64,000 nt of DNA from positions 44,888,001 to 44,952,000 of the forward strand of contig OZ024742.1 of assembly GCA_964016885.1 (NCBI GenBank), read 5' to 3'. The translations under genes were made by a program, and so were the position numbers. Below, piece after piece: positions 42,401 to 56,030 of this stretch. The notes beneath the pieces were generated by a model. That model worked only from the letters and a program-made list of their open reading frames with translations, was not told the DNA's origin and searched no databases. Positions within the stretch are counted from its first letter, which is position 1. Every line of letters starts with the position of its first letter. The DNA comes from Eledone cirrhosa (lineage: Eukaryota).

Positions 42401-45400
42401 ATAGCAGCCCTATGACTCAATCATGTGTTATATGGCCAAAACATGCTGTATATCACTATAGCACCCCTAAGACTCCATCATGTGTTATATGGCCAAAACA
42501 TGCTGTATGTCACTATAGCACCCCTAAGACTCCATCATGTGTTATATGGCCAAAACATGCTGTATGTCACTATAGCACCCCTATGACTCAATCATGTGTT
42601 ATATGGCCAAAACATGCTGTATGTCACTATAGGACCCCTAAGACTCCATCACGTGTTATATGGGCAAAACATGGTGTATGTCACTATAGCACCCCTAAGA
42701 CTCCATCATGTGTTATATGGCCAAAACATGCTGTATGTCACTATAGTACCCCTATGACTAAATCATGTGTTAAATGCCCAAAACATGCTGTATGTCACTA
42801 TAGCACCCCTAAGACTCCATCATGTGTTATATGGCCAAAACATGCTGTATGTCACTATAGCACCCCTAACACTCCATCATGTGTTATATGGCCAAAACAT
42901 GCTGTATGTCACTAGAGCACCCCTATGACTCAATCATGTGTTATATGGCCAAAACATGCTGTATGTCACTATAGCACCCCTATGACTCAATCATGTGTTA
43001 TATGGCCAAAACATGCTGTATGTCACTATAGCACCCCTATGACTCAATCATGTGTTATGTGGCCAAAACATGCTGTATGTCACTATAGCACCCCTAAGAC
43101 TCCATCATGTGTTATATGGGCAAAACATGCTGTAAGTCACTATAGCACCCCTAAGACTCCATCATGTGTTATATGGCCAAAACATGCTGTGTGTCAAGAT
43201 AGCACCCCTATGACTCCATCAGATATTATATGGCCAAAACATGCTGTATGTCACTATAGCAGCCCTATGACTCAATCATATTTTATATGGCCAAAACATG
43301 CTGTATGTCCCTATAGCAGCCCCATGACTCCATCATGTGTTATATGGCCATAACATGCTGTATGTCACTATAGCACCCCTATGACACCATCATGTGTTAT
43401 ATGGCCAAAACATGCTGTATGTCACTATAGCACCCTTAAGACTCCATCATGTGTTATATGGCCAAAACATGCTGTATGTCACTATAGCAGCCCTATGACT
43501 CAATCATGTGTTATATGGCCAAAACATGCTGTATGTCACTATAGCATCCCTATGACTCAATCATGTGTTATATGCCCAAAACATGCTGTATGTCACTATA
43601 GCACCCCTATGACTCAATCATGTGTTATATGGCCAAAACATGCTGTATGTCACTATAGCACCCCTATGACTCAATCTTGTGTTATATGGCCAAAACATGC
43701 TGTATATCACTATAGCACCCCTATGACTCAATCATGTGTTATATGCCCAAAACATGCTGTATGTCACTATAGCACCCCTATGACTCAATCATGTGTTATA
43801 TGGCCAAAACATGCTGTATGTCATTATAGCACCCCTAAGACTCAATCATGTGTTATATGGCCAAAACATGCTGTATGTCACTATAGCACCCCTAAGACTC
43901 CATCATGTGTTATATGGCCAAAACATGCTGTATGTCACTATAGCACCCCTATGACTCAATCATGTGTTATATGCCGAAAACATGCTGTATGTCACTATAG
44001 GACCCCTAAGACTCCATCATGTGTTATATGGGCAAAACATGGTGTATGTCACTATAGCACCCCTAAGACTCCATCATGTGTTATATGGCCAAAACATGCT
44101 GTATGTCACTATAGCACCCCTATGACTCAATCATGTGTTATATGGCCAAAACATGCTGTATGTCACTATAGCATCCCTAAGACTCCATCATGTGTTATAT
44201 GTCCAAAACATGCTGTATATCACTATAGCACCCCTATGACTCAATCATGTGTTATATGCCCAAAACATGCTGTATGTCACTATAGCACCCCTAAGACTCC
44301 ATCATGTGTTATATGGCCAAAACATGCTGTATGTCACTATAGCAGCCCTATGACTCAATCATGTGTTATATGGCCAAAACATGCTGTATGTCACTATAGG
44401 ACCCCTAAGACTCCATCATGTGTTATATGGCCAAAACATGCTGTATGTAACTATAGCACCCCTAAGACACCATCATGTGTTATATGGCCAAAACATGCTG
44501 TATGTCACTATAGCACCCCTATGACTCAATCATGTGTTATATGGCCAAAACATGCTGTATGTCACTATAGCACCCCTAAGACTCCATCATGTGTTATATG
44601 GCCAAAACATGCTGTATGTCACTATAGCACCCCTATGACTCAATCATGTGTTATATGGCCAAAACATGCTGTATGTCACTATAGGACCCCTAAGACTCCA
44701 TCACGTGTTATATGGGCAAAACATGGTGTATGTCACTATAGCACCACTAAGACTCCATCATGTGTTATATGGCCAAAACATGCTGTATGTCACTATAGCA
44801 CCCCTATGACTAAATCATGTGTTATATGGCCAAAACATGCTGTATGTCACTATAGCACCCCTATGACTCAATCATGTGTTATATGGCCAAAACATGCTGT
44901 ATGTCACTATAGCACCCCTAAGACTCCATCATGTGTTGTATGGGCAAAACATGCTGTATGTCACTATAGCACCCCTAAGACTCCATCATGTGTTATATGG
45001 CCAAAACATGCTGTATGTCCCTATAGCAGCCCCATGACTCCATCATGTGTTATATGGCCAAAACATGCTGTATGTCACTATAGCACCCCTATGACTCCAT
45101 CATGTGTTATATGACCAAAACATGCTGTATGTCACTATAGCACCCTTAAAACTCCATCATGTGTTATATGGCCAAAACATGCTGTATGTCACTATAGCAG
45201 CCCTATGACACAATCATGTGTTATATGGCCAAAACATGATGTATGTCACTATAGCACCCCTAAGACTCCATCATGTGTTATATGACCAAAACATGCTGTA
45301 TGTCACTATAGCAGCCCTATGACTCAATAATGTGTTACATGGCCCAAACATGCTGTATGTCACTATAGCAGCCCCATGACTCCTTCATGTGTTATATGGC

Positions 45401-48400
45401 CAAAACATGCTGTATGTCACTATAGCACACCTATGACTCCATCATGTGTTATATGGCCAAAACATGCTGTATGTCACTATAGCACACCTATGACTCCATC
45501 ATGTGTTATATGGCCAAAACATGCTGTATGTCACTATAGCACCCCTAAGACTCCATCATCTGTTATATGGACAAAACATGCTGTATGTCACTATAGCAGC
45601 CCTATGACTCAATCATGTGTTATATGACCAAAACATGGTGTATGTCACTATAGCACCCCTATGACACCATCAGATGTTATATGGCCAAAACATGCTGTAT
45701 GTCACTATAGCAGCCCTATGACTCAATCATGTGTTACATGGCCCAAACATGCTGTATGTCACTATAGCAGCCCCATGACTCCTTCATGTGTTATATGGCC
45801 AAAACATGCTGTATGTCACTATAGCACACCTATGACTCCATCATGTGTTATATGGCCAAAACATGCTGTATGTCACTATAGCACCCCTTAGACTCCATCA
45901 TGTGTTATATGGCCAAAACATGCTGTATGTCACTAGAGCACCCCTATGACTCAATCATGTGTTATATGGCCAAAACATGCTGTATGTCACTATAGCACCC
46001 CTATGACTCAATCATGTGTTATATGGCCAAAACATGCTGTATGTCACTATAGCACCCCTATGACTCAATCATGTGTTATGTGGCCAAAACATGCTGTATG
46101 TCACTATAGCACCCCTAAGACTCCATCATGTGTTATATGGGCAAAACATGCTGTAAGTCACTATAGCACCCCTAAGACTCCATCATGTGTTATATGGCCA
46201 AAACATGCTGTGTGTCAAGATAGCACCCCTATGACTCCATCAGATATTATATGGCCAAAACATGCTGTATGTCACTATAGCAGCCCTATGACTCAATCAT
46301 ATTTTATATGGCCAAAACATGCTGTATATCCCTATAGCAGCCCCATGACTCCATCATGTGTTATATGGCCATAACATGCTGTATGTCACTATAGCACCCC
46401 TATGACTCCATCATGTGTTATATGGCCAAAACATGCTGTATGTCACTATAGCACCCTTAAGACTCCATCATGTGTTATATGGCCAAAACATGCTGTATGT
46501 CACTATAGCAGCCCTATGACTCAATCATGTGTTATATGGCCAAAACATGCTGTATGTCACTATAGCATCCCTATGACTCAATCATGTGTTATATGCCCAA
46601 AACATGCTGTATGTCACTATAGCACCCCTATGACTCAATCATGTGTTATATGGCCAAAACATGCTGTATGTCACTATAGCACCCCTATGACTCAATCATG
46701 TGTTATATGGCCAAAACATGCTGTATATCACTATAGCACCCCTATGACTCAATCATGTGTTATATGCCCAAAACATGCTGTATGTCACTATAGCACCCCT
46801 ATGACTCAATCATGTGTTATATGGCCAAAACATGCTGTATGTCATTATAGCACCCCTAAGACTCAATCATGTGTTATATGGCCAAAACATGCTGTATGTC
46901 ACTATAGCACCCCTAAGACTCCATCATGTGTTATATGGCCAAAACATGCTGTATGTCACTATAGCACCCCTATGACTCAATCATGTGTTATATGCCGAAA
47001 ACATGCTGTATGTCACTATAGGACCCCTAAGACTCCATCATGTGTTATATGGGCAAAACATGGTGTATGTCACTATAGCACCCCTAAGACTCCATCATGT
47101 GTTATATGGCCAAAACATGCTGTATGTCACTATAGCACCCCTATGACTCAATCATGTGTTATATGGCCAAAACATGCTGTATGTCACTATAGCATCCCTA
47201 AGACTCCATCATGTGTTATATGTCCAAAACATGCTGTATATCACTATAGCACCCCTATGACTCAATCATGTGTTATATGCCCAAAACATGCTGTATGTCA
47301 CTATAGCACCCCTAAGACTCCATCATGTGTTATATGGCCAAAACATGCTGTATGTCACTATAGCAGCCCTATGACTCAATCATGTGTTATATGGCCAAAA
47401 CATGCTGTATGTCACTATAGGACCCCTAAGACTCCATCATGTGTTATATGGCCAAAACATGCTGTATGTCACTATAGCACCCCTAAGACTCCATCATGTG
47501 TTATATGGCCAAAACATGCTGTATGTCACTATAGCACCCCTATGACTCAATCATGTGTTATATGGCCAAAACATGCTGTATGTCACTATAGCACCGCTAA
47601 GACTCCATCATGTGTTATATGGCCAAAACATGCTGTATGTCACTATAGCACCCCTATGACTCAATCATGTGTTATATGGCCAAAACATGCTGTATGTCAC
47701 TATAGGACCCCTAAGACTCCATCACGTGTTATATGGGCAAAACATGGTGTATGTCACTATAGCACCCCTAAGACTCCATCATGTGTTATATGGCCAAAAC
47801 ATGCTGTATGTCAGTATAGCACCCCTATGACTAAATCATGTGTTATATGGCCAAAACATGCTGTATGTCACTATAGCACCCCTATGACTCAATCATGTGT
47901 TATATGGCCAAAACATGCTGTATGTCACTATAGCACCCCTAAGACTCCATCATGTGTTGTATGGGCAAAACATGCTGTATGTCACTATAGCACCCCTAAG
48001 ACTCCATCATGTGTTATATGGCCAAAACATGCTGTATGTCCCTATAGCAGCCCCATGACTCCATCATGTGTTATATGGCCAAAACATGCTGTATGTCACT
48101 ATAGCACCCCTATGACTCCATCATGTGTTATATGACCAAAACATGCTGTATGTCACTATAGCACCCTTAAAACTCCATCATGTGTTATATGGCCAAAACA
48201 TGCTGTATGTCACTATAGCAGCCCTATGACTCAATCATGTGTTATATGGCCAAAACATGCTGTATGTCACTATAGCACCCCTAAGACTCCATCATGTGTT
48301 ATATGGCCAAAACATGCTGTATGTCACTATAGCAGCCCTATGACTCAATCATGTGTTATATGGCCAAAACATGCTGTATGTCACTATAGCACCCCTATGA

Positions 48401-51400
48401 CTCAATCATGTGTTATATGGCCAAAACATGCTGTATGTCACTATAGCACCCCTAAGACTCCATCATGTGTTGTATGAGCAAAACATGCTGTATGTCACTA
48501 TAGCACCCCTAAGACTCCATCATGTGTTATATGGCCAAAACATGCTGTATGTCACTATAGCACCCCTATGACTCAATCATGTGTTATATGGCCAAAACAT
48601 GCTGTATATCACTATAGCACCCCTATGACTCAATCATGTGTTATATGCCCAAAACATGCTGTATGTCACTATAGCACCCCTAAGACTCCATCATGTGTTA
48701 TATGGCCAAAACATGCTGTATGTCACTATAGCACCCCTAAGACTCCATCATGTGTTATATGACCAAAACATGCTGTATGTCACTATAGCACCCCTAAGAC
48801 TCCATCATGTGTTATATGCCCAAAACATGCTGTATGTCACTATAGCACCCCTAAGACTCCATCATGTGTTATATGGCCAAAACATGCTGTATGTCACTAT
48901 AGCACCCCTAAGACTCCATCATGTGTTATATGGCAAAAACATGCTGTATGTCACTATAGCAGCCCTATGACTCAATCATGTGTTATATGGCCAAAACATG
49001 CTGTATATCACTATAGCACCCCTAAGACTCCATCATGTGTTATATGGCCAAAACATGCTGTATGTCACTATAGCACCCCTAAGACTCCATCATGTGTTAT
49101 ATGGCCAAAACATGCTGTATGTCACTATAGCACCCCTATGACTCAATCATGTGTTATATGGCCAAAACATGCTGTATGTCACTATAGGACCCCTAAGACT
49201 CCATCACGTGTTATATGGGCAAAACATGGTGTATGTCACTATAGCACCCCTAAGACTCCATCATGTGTTATATGGCCAAAACATGCTGTATGTCACTATA
49301 GCACCCCTATGACTAAATCATGTGTTAAATGCCCAAAACATGCTGTATGTCACTATAGCACCCCTAAGACTCCATCATGTGTTATATGGCCAAAACATGC
49401 TGTATGTCACTATAGCACCCCTAACACTCCATCATGTGTTATATGACCAAAACATGCTGTATGTCACTATAGCACCCCTATGACTCAATCATGTGTTATA
49501 TGGCCAAAACATGCTGTATGTCACTATAGCAGCCCTATGACTCAATCATGTGTTATATGGCCAAAACATGCTGTATGTCACTATAGCACCCCTAAGACTC
49601 CATCATGTGTTATATGGCCAAAACTTGCTGTATGTCACTATAGCACTCCTAAGACTCCATCATGTGTTATATGGCCAAAACATGCTGTATGTCACTATAG
49701 CACCCCTATGACTCAATCATGTGTTATATGACCAAAACATGCTGTATGTCACTATAGCAGCCCCATGACTCCATCATGTGTTATATGGCCAAAACATGCT
49801 GTATGTCACTATAGCACCCCTATGACTCCATCATGTGTTATATGGCCAAAACATGCTGTATGTCACTATAGCACCCTTAAGACTCCATCATGTGTTATAT
49901 GGCCAAAACATGCTGTATGTCACTATAGCAGCCCTATGACTCAATCATGTGTTATATGGCCAAAACATGCTGTATGTCACTATAGCATCCCTATGACTCA
50001 ATCATGTGTTATATGCCCAAAACATGCTGTATGTCACTATAGCACCCCTATGACTCAATCATGTGTTATATGGCCAAAACATGCTGTATGTCACTATAGC
50101 ACCCCTATGACTCAATCATGTGTTATATGGCCGAAACATGCTGTATATCACTATAGCACCCCTATGACTCAATCTTGTGTTATATGCCCAAAACATGCTG
50201 TATGTCACTATAGCACCCCTATGACTCAATCATGTGTTATATGGCCAAAACATGCTGTATGTCATTATAGCACCCCTAAGACTCAATCATGTGTTATATG
50301 GCCAAAACATGCTGTATGTCACTATAGCACCCCTAAGACTCCATCATGTGTTATATGGCCAAAACATGCTGTATGTCACTATAGCACCCCTATGACTCAA
50401 TCATGTGTTATATGCCCAAAACATGCTGTATGTCACTATAGGACCCCTAAGACTCCATCATGTGTTATATGGGCAAAACATGGTGTATGTCACTATAGCA
50501 CCCCTAAGACTCCATCATGTGTTATATGGCCAAAACATGCTGTATGTCACTATAGCACCCCTATGACTCAATCATGTGTTATATGGCCAAAACATGCTGT
50601 ATGTCACTATAGCACCCCTAAGACTCCATCATGTGTTATATGTCCAAAACATGCTGTATATCACTATAGCACACCTATGACTCAATCATGTGTTATATGC
50701 CCAAAACATGCTGTATGTCACTATAGCACCCCTAAGACCCCATCATGTGTTATATGGCCAAAACATGCTATATGTCACTATAGCAGCCCTATAACTCAGT
50801 CATGTGTTATATGGCCAAAACATGCTGTATGTCACTATAGGACCCCTAAGACTCCATCATGTGTTATATGGCCAAAACATGCTGTATGTCACTATAGCAC
50901 CCCTAAGACTCCATCATGTGTTATATGGCCAAAACATGCTGTATGTCACTATAGCACCCCTATGACTCAATCATGTGTTATATGGCCAAAACATGCTGTA
51001 TGTCACTATAGCACCCCTAAGACTCCATCATGTGTTATATGGCCAAAACATGCTGTATGTCACTATAGCACCCCTATGACTCAATCATGTGTTATATGGC
51101 CAAAACATGCTGTATGTCACTATAGGACCCCTAAGACTCCATCACGTGTTATATGGGCAAAACATGGTGTATGTCACTATAGCACCCCTAAGACTCCATC
51201 ATGTGTTATATGGCCAAAACATGCTGTATGTCACTATAGCACCCCTATGACTAAATCATGTGTTATATGGCCAAAACATGCTGTATGTCACTATAGCACC
51301 CCTATGACTCAATAATGTGTTATATGGCCAAAACATGCTGTATGTCACTATAGCACCCCTAAGACTCCATCATGTGTTGTATGGGCAAAACATGCTGTAT

Positions 51401-52181
51401 GTCACTATAGCACCCCTAAGACTCCATCATGTGTTATATGGCCAAAACATGCTGTATGTCCCTATAGCAGCCCCATGACTCCATCATGTGTTATATGGCC
51501 AAAACATGCTGTATGTCACTATAGCACCCCTATGACTCCATCATGTGTTATATGACCAAAACATGCTGTATGTCACTATAGCACCCTTAAGACTCCATCA
51601 TGTGTTATATGGCCAAAACATGCTGTATGTCACTATAGCAGCCCTATGACTCAATCATGTGTTATATGGCCAAAACATGCTGTATGTCACTATAGCACCC
51701 CTAAGACTCCATCATGTGTTATATGGCCAAAACATGCTGTATGTCACTATAGCAGCCCTATGACTCAATCATGTGTTATATGGCCAAAACATGCTGTATG
51801 TCACTATAGCACCCCTATGACTCAATCATGTGTTATATGGCCAAAACATGCTGTATGTCACTATAGCACCCCTAAGACTCCATCATGTGTTGTATGAGCA
51901 AAACATGCTGTATGTCACTATAGCACCCCTAAGACTCAATCATGTGTTATATGGCCAAAACATGCTGTATGTCACTACAGCACCCTATGACTCAATCATG
52001 TGTTATATGGCCAAAACATGCTGTATATCACTATAGCACCCCTATGACTCAATCATGTGTTATATGCCCAGAACATGCTGTATGTCACTATAGCACCCCT
52101 AAGACTCCATCATGTGTTATATGGCCAAAACATGCTGTATGTCACTATAGCACCCCTAAGACTCCATCATGTGTTATATGA
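27478..52181 (+). repeat. Homogeneous HOR domain: six copies plus one partial, diverged copy of a 53-monomer (3,021-bp) based unit with length variants
   Basis: Diagnostic tgtgtcaagatagc at 28318, 31339, 34816, 39433, 43195 and 46216. Spacings are 3021, 3477, 4617, 3762 and 3021 = 53, 61, 81, 66 and 53 monomers. The same 577-codon read-through starts at 28504, 35002, 39619, 43381 and 46402, and a related block starts at ~49822. Confidence 0.95.
31810..32721 (+). repeat. Internal tandem 8-monomer (456-bp) duplication inside HOR copy 2
   Basis: gccgaaaa at 32117 and 32573. This explains the 61- versus 53-monomer spacing and the 729- versus 577-codon read-through (152 = 8 x 19). Confidence 0.93.
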
Positions 52182-53753
52182 CCAAAACATGCTGTATGTC
52201 ACTATAGCACCCCTATGACTCAATCATGTGTTATATGGCCAAAACATGCTGTATGTCACTATAGCAACCCTAAGACTCAATCATGTGTTATATGCCCAGA
52301 ACATGCTGTATGTCACTATAGCACCCCTAAGACTCCATCATGTGTTATATGCCCAAAACATGCTGTATGTCACTATAGCACCCCTATGACTCAATCATGT
52401 GTTATATGGCCAAAACATGCTGTATGTCACTATAGCACCCCTAAGACTCCATCATGTGTTATATGGCCAAAACATGCTGTATGTCACTATAGCACCCCTA
52501 TGACTCCATCATGTGTTATATGGCCAAAACATGCTGTATGTCACTATAGCACCCCTAAGACTCCATCATGTGTTATATGGCCAAAACATGCTGTATGTCA
52601 CTATAGCACCCCTATGACTCCATCAGATATTATATGGCCAAAACATGCTGTATGTCACTATAGCAGCCCTATGACTCAATCATGTGTTATATGGCCAAAA
52701 CATGCTGTATGTCACTATAGCAGCCCTATGAATCCATCATGTGTTATATGGCCAAAACATGCTGTATGTCACTATAGCACCTCTATGACTCCATCATGTG
52801 TTATATGGCCAAAACATGCTGTATGTCACTATAGCACCCCTAAGACTCCATCATGTGTTATATGGCCAAAACATGCTGTATGTCACTATAGCACCCCTAT
52901 GACTAAATCATGTGTTAAATGCCCAAAACATGCTGTATGTCACTATAGCACCCCTAAGACTCCATCATGTGTTATATGGCCAAAACATGCTGTATGTCAC
53001 TATAGCACCCCTAACACTCCATCATGTGTTATATGGCCAAAACATGCTGTATGTCACTATAGCACCCCTATGACTCAATCATGTGTTATATGGCCAAAAC
53101 ATGCTGTATGTCACTATAGCAGCCCTATGACTCAATCATGTGTTATATGGCCAAAACATGCTGTATGTCACTATAGCACCCCTAAGACTCCATCATGTGT
53201 TATATGGCCAAAACTTGCTGTATGTCACTATAGCACTCCTAAGACTCCATCATGTGTTATATGGCCAAAACATGCTGTATGTCACTATAGCACCCCTATG
53301 ACTCAATCATGTGTTATATGACCAAAACATGCTGTATGTCACTATAGCACCCCTATGACTCAATCATGTGTTATATGCCCAAAACATGCTGTATGTCACT
53401 ATAGTAGCCCTATGACTCAATCATGTGTTATATGGCCAAAACATGGTGTATGTCACTATATCAGCCCAATGACTCCATCATGTGTTATAGGCCCAAAACA
53501 TGCTGTATGTCACTATAAAACCCCTAAGACTCCATCATGTGTTATATGGCCAAAACATGCTGTATGTCACTATAGCACCCCTATGACGCAATCATGTGTT
53601 ATATGGCCAAAACATGCTGTATGTCACTATAGCACCCCTAAGACTTCATCATGTGTTATATGACCAAAACATGCTGTATGTCACTATAGCACCCCTAAGA
53701 CTCCATCATGTGTTATATGCCCAAAACATGCTGTATGTCACTATAGCACCCCT

Positions 53754-55009
53754 AAGACTCCATCATGTGTTATATGGCCAAAACATGCTGTATGTCCCTA
53801 TAGCAGCCCCATGACTCCATCATGTGTTATATGGCCAAAACATGCTGTATGTCACTATAGCACCCCTATGACTCCATCATGTGTTATATGGCCAAAACAT
53901 GCTGTATGTCACTATAGCACCCTTAAGACTCCATCATGTGTTATATGGCCAAAACATGCTGTATGTCACTATAGCAGCCCTATGACTCAATCATGTGTTA
54001 TATGGCCAAAACATGCTGTATGTCACTATAGCACCGCTAAGACTCCATCATGTGGTTATATGGCCAAAACATGCTGTATGTCACTATAGCAGCCCTATGA
54101 CTCAATCATGTGTTATATGGCCAAAACATGCTGTATGTCACTATAGCACCCCAATGACTCAATCATGTGTTATATGGCCAAAACATGCTGTATGTCACTA
54201 TAGCACCCCTATGACTCCATCAGATATTATATGGCCAAAACATGCTGTATGTCACTATAGCACCTCTAGGACTCCATCATGTGTTATATGGCCAAAACAT
54301 GCTGTATGTCACTATAGCAGCCCTATGACTCTATCATGTGTTATATGGCCAAAACATGCTGTATGTCACTATAGCACACCTAAGACTCCATCATGTGTTA
54401 TATGGCCAAAACATGCTGTATGTCCCTATAGCAGCCCCATGACTCCATCATGTGTTATATGGCCAAAACATGCTGTATGTCACTATAGCACCCCTATGAC
54501 TCCATCATGTGTTATATGGCCAAAACATGCTGTATGTCACTATAGCACCCTTAAGACTCCATCATGTGTTATATGGCCAAAACATGCTGTATGTCACTAT
54601 AGCAGCCCTATGACTCAATCATGTGTTATATGGCCAAAACATGCTGTATGTCACTATAGCACCGCTAAGACTCCATCATGTGGTTATATGGCCAAAACAT
54701 GCTGTATGTCACTATAGCAGCCCTATGACTCAATCATGTGTTATATGGCCAAAACATGCTGTATGTCACTATAGCACCCCAATGACTCAATCATGTGTTA
54801 TATGGCCAAAACATGCTGTATGTCACTATAGCACCCCTATGACTCCATCAGATATTATATGGCCAAAACATGCTGTATGTCACTATAGCACCTCTAGGAC
54901 TCCATCATGTGTTATATGGCCAAAACATGCTGTATGTCACTATAGCAGCCCTATGACTCTATCATGTGTTATATGGCCAAAACATGCTGTATGTCACTAT
55001 AGCACCCCT
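53754..55009 (+). repeat. Tandem 11-monomer duplication, each copy carrying the same 1-bp G insertion (period 628)
   Basis: catgtggttata with GG at 54054-5 and 54682-3, 628 bp apart = 11 x 57 + 1. Shared variants include accgctaag, cccaatg, ctctaggac and gactctatc. Confidence 0.93.
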
Positions 55010-56030
55010 AAGACTCCATCATGTGTTATATGGCCAAAACATGCTGTATGTCACTATAGCAGCCCTATGACTCAATCATGTGTTATATGGCCAAAACATG
55101 CTGTATGTCACTATAGCAGCCCTTTGACTCCATCATGTGTTATATGGCCAAAACATGCTGTATGTCACTATAGCACCTCTATGACTCCATCATGTGTTAT
55201 ATGGCCAAAACATGCTGTATGTCACTATAGCACCCCTAAGACTCCATCATGTGTTATATGGCCAAAACATGCTGTATGTCACTATAGCACCACTAAGACT
55301 CCATCATGTGTTATATGGCCAAAACTTGCTGTATGTCACTATAGCAGCCCTATGACTCAATCATGTGTTATATGGCAAAAACATGCTGTATGTCACTATA
55401 GCACCCCTAAGACTCCATCATGTGTTATATGTCCAAAACATGCTGTATGTCACTATAGCACCCCTAAGACTCCATCATGTGTTATATGGCCAAAACATGC
55501 TGTATGTCACTATAGCAGCCCTATGACTCTATCATGTGTTATATGGCCAAAACATGCTGTATGTCACTATAGCACCCCTAAGACTCCATCATGTGTTATA
55601 TGGCCAAAACATGCTGTATGTCACTATAGCAGCCCTATGACTCAATCATGTGTTATATGGCCAAAACATGCTGTATGTCACTATAGCAGCCCTTTGACTC
55701 ATCATGTGTTATATGGCCAAAACATGCTGTATGTCACTATAGCACCTCTATGACTCCATCATGTGTTATATGGCCAAAACATGCTGTATGTCACTATAGC
55801 ACCCCTAAGACTCCATCATGTGTTATATGGCCAAAACATGCTGTATGTCACTATAGCAGCCCGATGACTCAATCATGTGTTATATGGCCAAAACATGCTG
55901 TATGTCACTATAGCACCACTAAGATTCCATCATGTGTTATATGGCCAAAACTTGCTGTATGTCACTATAGCAGCCCTATGACTCAATCATGTGTTATATG
56001 GCCAAAACATGCTGTATGTCACTATAGCAC
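54953..56030 (+). repeat. Imperfect ~10-monomer (570-bp) duplication
   Basis: cctttgact at 55121 and 55691, and ctatgactct at 54951 and 55521. The second copy has a private 1-bp C deletion at ~55700. Confidence 0.8.
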
